Positions 11,311 through 23,925 of a DNA stretch of 64,000 bases are shown here, one piece after another (the first letter of the stretch is position 1; each line of letters starts with the position of its first letter). The translations under genes and the position numbers were made by a program. This stretch comes from Malacoraja senta (Eukaryota). Where the stretch lies: assembly GCA_038087875.1 (NCBI GenBank), contig CM075988.1:16618001-16682000 (forward strand). The letters are read 5' to 3'. The notes beneath the pieces are model-generated. The model saw only the letters and a list, made by a program, of their open reading frames with translations. It was not told the DNA's origin and made no database searches.

Positions 11311-13254
11311 CCATGTCACTTTCAACGCAACTGAGCAAACTGTAATTACTGTAAGTCATTAAAGAAAATTGTTTCTTGGGATTTATGAACCTATTCTCAT
11401 GCATTGTTTTCTCCAAATCTTTATGCTTCTCTTGAATTTAACTCTGTGTGTTGAGATGGTTCAAAGGTTTGGCATTGTGAGTAACGGTGGTGGGTTAAGT
11501 TGTTCCAATTTCAATCGCTGCATTCACATTGAATTAGTTTGTCTACAACTGACCTCAGCATCCACAGATTTTTGAGGTGGACATGTACAAGAGTTCCCAA
11601 TTACGTTGGAAATGCAGGTGGGGGATATCAGAAAACTATAATTCCGTGAGTTCCATCATGGTTTTAAAGCTTGAGCAGAAAAGGTTTGGCTCATGGTCCC
11701 AAGTAAATAGAAACCATCAGCTCATCTCCTGATGTGCAAAAGTTATACATTAATAGATTATATTCACACAAGAAGCATCAAGAGCTTACTTGGTTTTGCA
11801 GTGGCTGACTAAATGCTTTTGGAGCCAACTAACCAATTTCATAAACTTCCGCAGTAAATATGATGTCCTAAACCTCCATGTCTTCTATCTGAGATCAGGG
11901 CAGAAAGTAATTTGTGAGAATAACTTTGCACAATGTTTCTTCAGATACATTTTATATTGTACTGAAAAGCCAATTATTTAATATTGGGAGACCCCCTTAT
12001 GTTTCATGCCCTTGAACTATCAGTAATGGATGTGTATTGTTGAACTCTTTAATTCGGAGAATCGAATAACCATTTATCGGAACATCTTTAGTTTAGTTTA
12101 CTTTAGATGTAGCGCAGAAACAGGCCCTTCAGCCCACCAAGTCCAGGCCGACCAGCGATCCCCGTACACCAGCACTATCCTACACACTAGGGTCAATTTA
12201 CAATTTTTACCAAAGCCAATTAACCTACAAAACCTGTACGTCTTTGGAGTGTGGGAGGAAACCGGAGCACCCGAAGAAAACCCACACGGTCACGCGAAGA
12301 ACGTACTAACTGCGTCGAGACAGCATCTGTAGTCAGGATCGAACACGGGGCTCTGGCGGTGTAAGGCAGTTGGCCTCTACCGCTGCGCCACCGTGCCGCT
12401 CCGGTCCAGCTCAGAGTACAAGGCAGACACAAAAAGCTGGAGTAACTCAGTGGGACAGGCAGCATCTCTGGAGAGAAGGAAGGGGGTGATGTTTTTTAGC
12501 CGAGACCTTCAGACGTTTTGTGTCTATCTTCGGTTTAAACCAGCATCTGCAGTTCCTTCTTACATAATCTGAGTACAATGTAGCTATTACAAATTATTTC
12601 TGGCTGAAAGTTCAAAACTCAAGGAACACTTGGTTCATCTCTGTTGCATGCACGTTAAAGTGTGGCAGATATACGTACACCTTTATACAGGCTGACTGAC
12701 CTTTGCTTCCACAACCACTTTTGTTAGTTCTGATGGTACCATATTTCAGAAAGAGTTCAACATGCAAACATCATTCTTTTAAGTGCTTTGTGTAAATAAA
12801 AGGAAGAACTTCCATCACTTTCTATTTAATGTGGGGTAATGTGGGGTAATGGTACCTAAAATAAACAATAGCTTTTCCCCAATCCCTAAGCTGGACTTTC
12901 CAACAGCACATATTACAGCAATACCTAATGTGATTCCCCACAGTTTGAGACATATGGTTCAATGTCAAATGATTGTGCACTAGAATGCAATTCCCTTGTG
13001 CCTCTCTCAATCCCAGCCATTCATGCATGGAGGATCAAGCCAACTTCTCACTTCTCCCAGCTCATTTAGTGAGGTATTTGAGATAGAATGTAGGATCAGT
13101 AAGATAGAATGTAGGATCAGTAATATCTGGACCTCTTCTGAGGCTATTGGGGATAAACCCGTGATTGGTCACTGGTTGAAGGTGTACTAGTCGGCTGCTG
13201 CTGACTGGACACTAAACTGTAAACCAGAAGGCACAATGCTAGCAATTATTTCAT

Positions 13255-13870
13255 GAGGGCTAGAATTCGAAAAAACAGAGAAGTGGCGCTGAGGCTCTTT
13301 AAGGTACTGGTCAGGCTGCATTTGGCGTATTGCGAGCAATTTTGGGCACCATATCTGAGGATGGATGTGCTGGCCCTGGAGAGGGTCCAGAGGAGGTTTA
13401 CAAGAATGATCCCAGGAATGAGTGGGTTAACATGATGAGCGTTTGTCGGCACTGGGCCTGTACTCGCTGGAGTTTAGAAGAATGATGGGGGAACTCATTG
13501 AAACATACCGAATAGTAAAAGGCTTGGATAGAGTGGATGTGGAGTGGATGTTTCCACTAGTGAGAGAGTCTAGGACTAGAGGTTCAGAATTAAAGGAAGT
13601 TCTTTTAGGAAGGAGATGAGATGGAATTTCTTTAGTCAGAGGGTGGTGCATGTGGGGAATTCTTTGCCACGGAAGGCTGCAGAGGCCAAGTCAATGGATA
13701 TTTTTGAAACAGAGATAGATAGATTCTTGATTGGAATGGGTGTCAGGGGTTATGGGGAGAAGACAGGAGAATGATGTTAGGAAGGAGAGGTAGATCAGTC
13801 ATGATCTAATGCGGAGTAGACTTGATGGGCCGAATGGCCTAATTCTTCTCCTATCACATGTTCTTATGAG
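13255..13870 (+). mobile_element. CR1 3' fragment
   Basis: LVRLHLAYCEQFWAPYLRMDVLALERVQRRFTRMIPGM plus the 3' UTR gggccgaatggcctaattc. Confidence 0.85.
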
Positions 13871-14288
13871 CTAATATTCCTTCCCTTTTGGCTCACTTGC
13901 CTCGTTGAATGTGGCTGAACCAAACCAGAGGAATAAGAGACCTATAATCTACATTGAATCTAAACTGCAGCTGACAAGATGCTGATGACAGGATTGATGA
14001 ATATGCAATAATTTCCATGGTCCATCAGAACCCACCCATCAGTATACAGGCCTATTGATAACTATAACCTATACAATACTATTGATAAACACAAACAATG
14101 TTAAATAATGCTTCATTAAAGCGTGAGCTAAAGCCCTCGGTTATTTTGGCTGTCAATTTTAACTTCAGTATGTGCATTTGCAATGATCAGTTCTAATGCA
14201 TCCTAATGGTGTGGTGTGCTGCTTTGAATGGGGAACATTCATGGAAATGCTTGAGAGCATGTACTGGTTTGAAACACTTTGCACTTTA

Positions 14289-14507
14289 AGGGCCTGTCCC
14301 ACTTGGGCATTATTTGCGCGTCACGCAGATGGCAGGCGAAGATTTTGTCCCAAAATCCTGGGGTGCCGCGCGCGACCGCGCGTCACTGCCTATGTCACCA
14401 CGCACCATGCGCGCATAATGCGCACCATACGCGCATCACGTGTGTGTCACGGCGTAAATGATGTCGCGTAAATGACTCGCAAATGACACCCAAGTGGGAC
14501 AGGCCCT
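14289..14507. mobile_element. PIF/Harbinger-like MITE
   Basis: TIR agggcctgtcccactt/aagtgggacaggccct; TTA on both sides. Confidence 0.8.
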
Positions 14508-15014
14508 TTAGGCTGTAATTGGGCCCAGAACCATTCATTCATTATCGTTGAAAACATTAGTGATGCAGTGGTGCTGGTTTCCGGCGGGGAACGGTGACGG
14601 ACGCACCACACATCTCTGTCCTCCAGTTCCTGCGGACTTCCGCCGCTGGAAGTATAGGATTTTGGTGTGTGTGTGCTTTATCATCATTCCTTACAATGCT
14701 ATGTGCGACAGTGATCGCAACTTCTGCTGAAGTGTGGATGGCCGTTGGCTCGCTAGAAGCTCATCCGCTCTTTGACTGGTCTTGTTTTTGGTCCTGCTGG
14801 GGGTCCACAGCCCCCTCCTCACCTAGCAAACTAGGTGGGGGAAACGGTTTAGTCACCGACTATCCGACCATGGAGCAAGTAGCACGGGATTACATGGTAC
14901 TCGCGGCGGGGAGGAACCCAGGACTGAAAAAAATGCATATGCACTCTGTTATGTTTATCAGGAGCAAGCTTTATATCTGAGAAGAATTGAGCCAAAATAT
15001 CATTGCATGGATAC

Positions 15015-15111
15015 CTTGAACGGTGAGCTGAATGAGTCCTCGATCCTCTCCATAGGAATTGATCGCGTGGCAAGAGAAGAAGCCAGAATCTCCACGATCG
15101 GCAGGTATGAT
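15015..15111 (-). CDS. DSCAML1: DSCAML1 internal exon (~exon 13), C-part of Ig9
   Basis: ccgcag|ATC ATA CCT ... GTT CAA G|gtatcc; 97 nt, phase 0-1; [32 protein letters not shown]. Confidence 0.95.
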
Positions 15112-15717
15112 CTGCGGGAGACAGCCAGACAACAGGACATGTGTTGAACAATGCACCAAATATTGTTATTCTCTAGTCCAATGCACTCCTGATTCACTGA
15201 AACAGGAGCTAGGTTTTCGAATATGGCTCTTATGGAAAACATCTCCATCAGAGTAAAAAACTGGAAACTTGTAAGCTCTGGAAGAGCCACGTGTTAGCCT
15301 TTCTGGATCCAGGATTAGTTGACCATGTGTGACCTTACTGGGTCCAAGGCATCCATGGTGCCACAAAAATACACAATTAAAACAAATATTTTCACCTATA
15401 TGGAGCCTAAATGGAAGCAAACCTCACAATTAAACTATTGCCAAACACTGTTCTTCCAGCCACCATGCACCCACCTCCAAAATTCCTTGTCTGATCCCAA
15501 ACGCAACTGAAATCCTTGGGTAACATCAGCTCTCATGGCCACTGATGAGTTGATGCAGTCCTGTCCACATTTGCTTGGGCAATTGAAGCCTGTGTCCCAG
15601 TAAGCTAGTAGCAGTCCCGGTCTCATCCTATTTCTAGGCCAGTTTATCACATCTTATCTACAGGTTAAATTCATGTTTCATGAACCAGACGCTAACATTG
15701 AGCTGATTCCTAAATGA

Positions 15718-15900
15718 CAGGTACTATCACAATGTTTAAGAAGCATTTAGATTGGTACATGGCTAGGATAGGTTTAGAAGGGTATGGGCCAAACACGGGC
15801 AGGTGGGACTAGTGTAGATGGGGCTTTGTTTTTTGTGTGGGAAAGTTGGGCCGAAGGGCCTATTTCCATGCTGTATGTCTCTATCACTCCATGACTATGA
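15718..15900 (+). mobile_element. CR1 (HER1-like) 3' end sharing its tail with the HE1-like SINEs; related pieces at ~31585-31730(-), 34208-34460, 39537-39985, 50440-50695, 51500-51700
   Basis: FKKHLD-type coding end followed by gggccgaagggcct(g/a)tttccatgctgta, the same tail as the SINEs. Confidence 0.7.
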
Positions 15901-17674
15901 CAGGTCAATGGCACAAAAATATTCTCTTTGAAATTTTCTCTTTCATCTTGTGAGACTACCCTCACATTTCCTGCACCAAGACACAAAGTGAGGAATGGAG
16001 AAGCACAAACCCTTTGCAAAGTGCTTGCCTTAAGCTTCTCGAAATGGGAAAAATTAAAATTTGAATTTGTCAAACCTATCTTCAGTCCCGATGAAAGATC
16101 TTCACCAAAAATGTTGACTATCCCTTTTCCACCATAGAGGCTGCCTGACCCACTGAGTTCCTCCAGCAATTTGTTCTTTTTACTGCACAAAATCAGCGTG
16201 TTATTAGTGGTCCTCTCTTGGAAGCTCTATGCTTCGTAACAGAACTCATTCTTATGTTAGGGAACAGTATTGAAAGGTGAAAACAAGATTGTATAGATTC
16301 AACTGCAGTGAAAACTAAAAAGAAAATATTTATAATGAGAAAATTACCAGACATTTGACAGAAAGTCCCACTGGAACTAAAAGGTGTAAATTGTATATGC
16401 AGCAAATTGTATGTGCATCCTATGCACTAGGATTCTCTAGTGTTTTATGTGGGGAAAACAAAGTGTTAGATTTGTGGTGGAGGGATGTGAAAATCGTTTC
16501 ACTAGGTAGCTGCCAAACAGAAAGACTTTAGACTTTAGCGATACAGTGCAATAACAGGCCCTTCGGCCCACAGTGTCCGCACCGACCAGCGATCATCCCG
16601 TAAACTAACACTATCTAACACCCTAGGGGCTATTTTACAACTTACTGAATCCAATTAACCTACAAACCTGCACGTCTTTGAAGTGTGGGAAGAAACCAGA
16701 GCACCCAGAGAAAACCCGGGTCTCCGGCGCTGTAAGGCAACAATGCTACTGTTGTGCCACTGTGCCACCCATAAAAGAAAACTAGTACTTTGTGTACAAG
16801 GCGAGGAAGCCATTCTGCCCATCTTGTCCTTACTGGCTCTTAGAGAACACACATCAGTCTCTTTGCACAAGCTCTCTCCCCACAGTCTGTTCTCGCTCAC
16901 AAGCGAATCAGCTCCCTTCTGATTCATTTACCATCCACCAAGGGACAAGTTGCCGTTGTGAACAAACCCAACAAGCTCACCTTTTTGCGGTGTAGGTGGG
17001 GAAGCGAGCACCCAGGGGAATCCCTCTCACAGAGGGATCATGCACTGGATGTCGGGATGGAAGCTGGGTTGCTGAAACTGTGGCAATAATGCTAACTCCT
17101 GCACCACACTGTTCCCATAGCATTGATCCATCACATCAAATAGCCATAAATTTCAAAAGTCGTGTGTCGCTGAAATCCCTCTGTCCTTTAGCAAAATTGT
17201 CATCCAGAACGTTGTGAGAAATGAACAGATAATATACTTCACTTTGGTTGGACCCTTCTTAAAAATTTAACATAGAGGACCCTGCATGCTTATTGCAACT
17301 CAAGGTTAAAACTGTGCAAATTTGCAGTTGAAAATATAAATGTCAAGGTGACTGGAAGTGCAGTGGAGGCGACCTCCTTTAAAATCATATAAAATAGATT
17401 TTATTTTAATTGGAGACATAGACCAAAACAGCAAATGAGGTAGTTAGAGTATTCAATTAAACGCTTAATGTGCTCAGTATCTTCAGTTTTGCAACCCCTC
17501 TTTTGTCAAAAGCTTTGGGATTGATTCTAATCAGTGCTGCGATATTTCTCACTTGGTATTCGTTGTTCAGTTTTAATCAGACTCGGCAACTTGAGGTTGA
17601 AAAAAAAGTGGTGATTAGACTGGAACGGCAACTCTGCTGATCTATTAAAGGCCCATGTTTTTTTTTCGTGAAGT

Positions 17675-19325
17675 GGCAATTTTCCCAGCTGAAAATTCTT
17701 GTTCTTACACTATGGCCACAGACAATAAGTATTAAGCCACTTATTCCAACCTGATAATACTACTCATTCTAGTCACAGAATTAAATCCACCCTTAGGTAA
17801 ATATTCAATTTCATTCTGAGCCACAATTTAAAAAAAAGTCTGCCTTGTACAATATCAACTGCTGGGCTTGAGAGATATTCTCTTTCATTTATCATGACCA
17901 CAGTGTCTCAGCCAGCAACTCAACTACTTTGTTGCTCTGCTGATCACGTCTGCCTCCACAAACCTTTCCATCCTTAAGATGTTTGTTTTTAATCAATAAA
18001 GACTATGTTAATAAAGCTTGCACCATAGTACGGCTGCTGCAACAGGATAGATGAAGGATCCCAGAAGCATCCCATCCCTGGAGGTCAGTCTATCCCCAAG
18101 AGGAAATTCTGCCTCATTAATTAGGAATCCAACTTCCCAGGATAGACACAAAATGCCAGAGTAACTCAGAGGGTCAGGCAGCATCTCTGGAGAACAGGAA
18201 TGCATGATGCTTTGGGTCGGAACCCTTCTTCAGACTGAAAGGTAGAGGTGATGGGGGGAGAAACTGGAGGCGGAAAAGGCCAGAACAAATCAGGACTGGC
18301 GACAGATGGAAAGGTGGAGTTCCTGATGACCCATTGTTGTCTGGGGAAGATGTGCTAACAAGAGGGATGTAAGGATGCAAACAGTGGAATTAATTGGATG
18401 ACTAGGATGGGGGAGGAGGGAGGGGGGGGGGGAGGGATTGCAGGAGTTACTTGAGATTTGAGAAATCAATGTTCATACCGTTGTATTGTGAGATGTCCAA
18501 GTGAAATATATGGGCTTGGGAATTACTTTTCCCTGCGTCAGATAAACAGAATGGATCACCTAAATCTCCACCTTTCCATGGAAAATCTTGCATTCCTAAA
18601 GCACTTTCCACAAGGTCTGAGCATCACAAAACACTTCACAGTCAATTAAGTGTGTCACTGTATCGACACAAGAAACCTGATGGTCAATTTGAGCACAGCA
18701 GGTTCTGTACAAAACTAACGTTAATGACCAGACTACTAGAGTTTGTGAAGTTGGTTCAGAGAAACTCTTTGGCCAGCTAGAATGGAGAAATGCCTCTGCT
18801 TCTTTCAACTGGTGGCACTTTAGTTTGACATCCCCCTGTTTGGTAGTTGCAGGGAAAAGTAAGTTATATTCTGAGCTAGTGAGGCAAAATGTCCTCATGG
18901 AGATAGTTGAGTGTGAACTGAATTCCAGGGGAAGGACGCTCTTGGGATTCATCATCTATCCTGTTGCGGCAGCCATCCTAAAGTGCAAGCTTTATTAACG
19001 TAGTCTTTATTGACTAAAAACAAACATCTTAAAGATGGAAAGGTTAGTGGAGGCAGACGTGATCAGCAGCGCAACAAAGTAATTGAGTCGCTGGCCGAGA
19101 CACTGGAGCTGCCCATGATAAATGAAGGAGAATATCTCAGTTTACATTGTACGAGGTGGAGTTTTTTTAAATTGTGGCCAAGAGTGAAGTTGAATATTTT
19201 CTGAAGTGTGGACTTAATTCTGCGATTAGAATGACGAGTGTTATTGGGTTGGAAGAAGTGACTTAATACTTGCTGTCAATGCCCACAGTGAAAGAACAAG
19301 AATATTCAACTGAGAATATTGTACA
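17675..19325. repeat. long diverged inverted repeat (foldback)
   Basis: 17675-18137 plus ~18520-18570 align by eye to the reverse complement of ~18815-19325. Confidence 0.85.
18140..18512 (-). mobile_element. Penelope-like element 3' end
   Basis: Reverse complement is homologous to 33495-33874, including ...NGMNIDFSNLK*. Confidence 0.75.
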
Positions 19326-19809
19326 ATTTTGAGCCCAGAACGCACATCTCTGTGATGAACTGGCCAACCAAAGAAGTACAGAGTTCCGATTATTTGCTTA
19401 ATATCACTGATATTATAACAGGACACATTTTAATTTAAAAAAATACAAATTTGTCAATTTTCCTTTCATAGAAAGAGAACATTCATTATTTGGCATTCCT
19501 TGGTTCCTTGTTTAAGTTCCACATTCTGCCTGCCGCCCTCTTTTAAGAGTCACCTTCTATTCTGTTTTCCCTCACACACATCCAGCGTCCCCTTTGTTCC
19601 TTGACCACTATGATCACCTCACTGATCATACTCTGGGGAAATAAGTTTCTCTGGAATCCTTGACTGAAGTTATTCGTGACCTCCTTACCTTCACGGCGCT
19701 TGGTTTCCGAAACTTCCCTCGATGGGCGGAAATGTTTCCTCTGCCAAGCCTTAGTCGATTTAGTAAATCGTTGTTCGGCAGACTTGAGCGAAAAGGTTCG
19801 ATGACTTAC

Positions 19810-20009
19810 CCTGAGAGTGGAGACGACTTCTTCCCCATTGTCCTTGGTGGTGACTGAGTATCGGAACATTCTGTCGGGGTCGATCACGGTGTCCTCCTTC
19901 TCCCAGCGGATGATGATCGGCCGCTCGCCGCGGGCCGTGCAGTTGAGCTCCTTGTTCTGCCCCTTTATGGCAATGGTGGTGTTGGGGTGTGAAGTGATCA
20001 TCGCAGGGA
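19810..20009 (-). CDS. DSCAML1: DSCAML1 internal exon (~exon 12), N-part of Ig9
   Basis: acccag|TC CCT GCG ... CTC AGG|gtaagt; 200 nt, phase 1-0; [31 protein letters not shown]...EVVSTLR. Confidence 0.95.
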
Positions 20010-20325
20010 CTGGGTTAAAGAGGAAACAGGTACGACAGTTCAAATCAGTGGGAGTGGCAGATCACAGGATGGTTGATGTGTTGGAAGGAACCGCAGATGC
20101 TGGTCTATACCGAATATAGGCACAAAGCGCTGGAGTAACTCGACGGGTCAGGCAGCATCTCTGGAGAAAAAAGATGGATGACCAGAAACGTGAACCAACC
20201 TTTTTTTCGAGAGATGCTGCCTGACCCGCTGAGTTTCTCCAGCCCTGTGCTGCCTCCTATCAAAATGGGCCTTCAAGACCAAGTTAAGACTCTATATTTT
20301 TAAGAACTGTGAAACTTGGCGGATA

Positions 20326-20491
20326 CAAGATGATGGCGGAAACAAGGCAACTCTTGTGTACTGCCTCAAGATGATGGCGGAAACAAGGCAACTCTTGTGT
20401 ACTGCCTCATGATGATGGCGGAAACAAGGCAACTCTTGTGTACTGCCTCATGATGATGGCGGAAACAAGGCAACTCTTGTGTACTGCCTCA
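20326..20491. repeat. 41-bp minisatellite, 4 copies
   Basis: ca(a/t)gatgatggcggaaacaaggcaactcttgtgtactgcct starting at 20326, 20367, 20408 and 20449. Confidence 0.95.
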
Positions 20492-21502
20492 GTGTAATCT
20501 ACTATTCTACACTCTTGTACTTAAGTATGAATGTGCTTATGTCGAGTCATATTTTACTGAACTGAATGGAATAAAGGAATTTCACTATACCTTGGTACAT
20601 GTGACAATAAAGTACCATAAACCATTGAACCAAGCTGATATCAAAAGGTAAATTAATATAGAGATAATATATATAGTAAATGACAAATAATGGATTGATT
20701 ATTTTGTCGTTGCACAAGGGCTTCCACAAATGGCATAATGTATTTGTATTACACATATTTTAGTACATAAATAAATATTTATTCATTAGCAGATTGGGCA
20801 ATACTGGCAGGGCCAGCATTTGTTACCCATCTCAAATTGCCCTCAACAAGATGACGTTGAGTTGTTTAATTGAACGTTTTATTGCTTTTTTTTTTTGTCT
20901 CTCTATTTCTCTTTCAGCTGCTATCTGGTCTGCTGAACATTTACCATAAGATATAGGAGCAGAATCATCAGCCCACTGAGTGCACTATACCATTCAATCA
21001 TGGCTGATCTATTCATCAGTCTGAAGAATGGTCTCGACCTGAAACGTCACCTATTCCTTCGCTCCATAGATGCTGCATCACCCGCTGAGTTCCACCAGCA
21101 TTTTTGTCTACCTTCGATTTTTCCAGCATCTGCAGTTCTTTCTTAAATATTTTCCCCTTTTAATCCCATTCTCCTGCCTTTTCCCCATGACCTTTGACAT
21201 CCTTACTAATCAAGAATCTATCAATCTCTGCTTTAAAAATATCCAAATGACTTCGCCTCTACGGCCACCTGTGGCAGTGAATTCCAACACTGTTTTATTT
21301 TTAGTTCGATTAAAGTTTAGTAAGGGAGCGGAGGGCATGATTTAACTCTGAGATGGACACAAAGTGCTGGAGTAACTCAGCTGGCTAGGCAGCATTTCTG
21401 GAGGAAAAGGATAGGTGACATTTCAGGTCGGGACCCTTCTTCAGACTGACCCTGTTTGAAAAATCTTTTTTCTCCAGAGATGCTGCCTGACCCGCTGAGT
21501 TA

Positions 21503-21852
21503 AGGGCCTGTCCCACTTTCCCGAGTTATTCACAAATTCTCCCGAGTTTTCAAACTCGCAGAACGTTCGGAACGAGTCCGTAGGAGTCCGTGGATATATC
21601 GTAGTGGATCGTTATGCCAGCTGTAGGTAATCGGGGCTATTTTTTAAATTTCATGGACATTTTTCAACATGTTGAAAAAACTTCCCGACTTACCTGATGC
21701 CCCGAGTACCTACGGCTGGCATAACCAGCCGCTACGATATATCCACGGACTCCTACGGCCTCGTTGCGAACATTCTGCGAGTTTGAAAACTCGGGAGAAT
21801 TTGTGAATAACAGGAGTATTCGTGAATAACTCGTGAAAGTGGGACAGGCGCT
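21503..21852. mobile_element. PIF/Harbinger-like MITE inserted in a PLE palindrome
   Basis: Same TIR; splits the PLE motif gagTTActcc and duplicates TTA. Confidence 0.85.
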
Positions 21853-22856
21853 TTACTCCAGTATTCTGTGTCTATCTTTGGTATAAACCAGCATCTGCAG
21901 ATCTTGGTTTCTACATCATGATTTAACTCTTCTTGTTCATGCCACTCTATGATGCAGCTGTCCATGTGATGCCTCTTTCCAATAAATTCCCCACGGCCCA
22001 GTAAACGTACTCGAGCATCACTAGTAGATTTGCTTCTTTCATCATTTCAGGCAACTTATTCCAGGCCATAAAAAGCCGCTGTTAAATGGAAATGCATCTT
22101 CCTGCTGCTCCCTTCCTATTAACTTCTTTTAAATGTTGGAAGCTGTTGTCAGTGGATAGCGCAGAATCAGGAAATTGTGGATTCAAGTCGTGCTCCACAA
22201 ACTCCAACCTGAAATTAGTTTAATCTGACAACATCTTCGGCATGGACATAGTGGGCTGAAGATGATAAAACTGTGCTGTACTGTTCTATGCTCTTAATAC
22301 CAACCCCATGCTCCCTCTCCACTTGGAGCTAGGGGTGGCCCAGTGGCCCAGTGGTAGAGTTACTGCCTTACAGTGCTGGAGACCTGGGTTCGATCCTGAC
22401 TACGGGTGCTGTCTGTACAGTTTGTACGTTTTCCCCATGACCGTGTGGGTTTTCTCTGGGTGCTCTGGTTTCCTCCCACACTCCAAAGACGTACAGGTTT
22501 GTTGGTTAATTGGCTTTGGTAAAATTGTAAATTGTCCCCAGAGCGAGTGTATGGAGTAATCGCTGTTCGGCATGGACTCGGTACGCTGAGATGCCTAAAA
22601 GTCTAAAAAAAACTCCCACACTCAATGGGGTGCTGCAGTTTTTCAAGAGTGCGTTCAGGACTTGATGAATCTTTTCCTCTGTTTATTTGGTCAGAGCCTG
22701 GAATTGAGTGTTTCATTTGGATGCCAGGCATCAGGTATCTGAATGACACAGCTTGCCCAATGGAGCTGACTGAAAGTAATTAGGAACGTGCTGCTGGGGA
22801 TGTTGATCTGGGGGCGATTTACTGGCTGGTCAATTTGTGAGCTCCGACCCACAGCA

Positions 22857-23043
22857 AAGTCAAGTCAAGTCAAGTCACTTTTATTTCTATAGCACATTTA
22901 AAAAACAACTCTCGTTAGCCAAAGTGCTTTACATTGGTGGAGGTACTAACGTTATACAACAGTGGTTCATAGATTAAATACATACATCACTACGTACATA
23001 TAGCTCTTGCTCAGAGGACGTCAAGAAAGGCTTGGGAGTAAAG
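22857..23043 (-). mobile_element. L2-like LINE 3' end
   Basis: (aagtc)n tail followed by ttttatttctatagcacattt...aaagtgctttaca, the reverse complement of an L2-type 3' end. Confidence 0.55.
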
Positions 23044-23242
23044 CCTGACTGCTCTCTGAGATGGCCAAGGAAACTCCCCATTTATAGAAGGTGCCACACC
23101 GGCATCTATTCAAGGGTAATTAGCAAATGGCAGAAAATGCCAACAGTCCTCATGTCCCACAAATGAGCTTTAAAAACACCGATCCTCCTTTTCAATTTCC
23201 TAATGTGTGGTCAGCATCGTTGGACCAGACCCTGAATTAAAC

Positions 23243-23925
23243 AAAACAAAATGCCACCTATTCCTTTTCTCCAGAGATGCTGCCTGACCCGTTGAGTTAC
23301 TCCAGCATTTTGTGTCTATCTTCGGTGTAAACCAGCACCTGCAGCTCCTTCCGACACCTGAATTAAACTAACAAGCTAAGGAGGAAGCACGCTACCACAG
23401 CATTTATTTGTTCTACAGTATATCTCTCCATATCACTGTCCATATCTCTCGTTTCCCTTTCCCCTGACTCTCAGTCTGAAGAAGGGTCTCCACCCGAAAC
23501 GTCACCTATTCCTTTTCTCCAGAGATGCTGCCTGACCCGCTGAGTTACTCCAGCCTTTTGTATTTATCTTTGGTTTAAACCAGCAACTGCAGTTCCTTCT
23601 TACACATTTGGCTGCTCCATTGCCAAATCACCTCAAGGTATGTCTACTTTGAAGAAGTTCTCTTCACTCCAAGTTCTGCAATATCTTCTCTCGCTGCTCT
23701 CCCCCTGTAATCCCTCTTGCTCCACGTTTAAACCCAGACTCGTTACCACAACATTAATTTGCTCCAAATCTCTCTACAGTATATCCCCGTCTATATCTCT
23801 CCTTTCCCTTTCCCCTGACTCTCAGTCTGGAGAAGGGTCTCCACCCGAAACGTCACCTATTCCTTTTCTCCAGAGATGCTGCCTGACCCGCTGAGTTACT
23901 CCAGCTTTTCGTGTCTATCTTCAGA
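23243..23925 (+). mobile_element. cluster of three same-orientation PLE termini, two forming a direct repeat
   Basis: First piece has TSD cctgaattaaac (23231-23242 and 23357-23368); ~23412-23570 recurs at ~23773-23921. Confidence 0.75.
23476..23503 (+). ncRNA. minimal type I hammerhead ribozyme motif (PLE-type)
   Basis: CTGAAGA-A-GGGT(CTCC)ACCC-GAAA-CG-TC: CUGANGA core, stem II, GAAA, palindromic ACGT, GUC cleavage triplet. Stem I appears to be only ~2 bp. Confidence 0.55.

Noticed and set aside
20326..20491. CRISPR-like array
   Set aside because: Units are contiguous with no unique spacers, there are no cas genes, and the context is eukaryotic.
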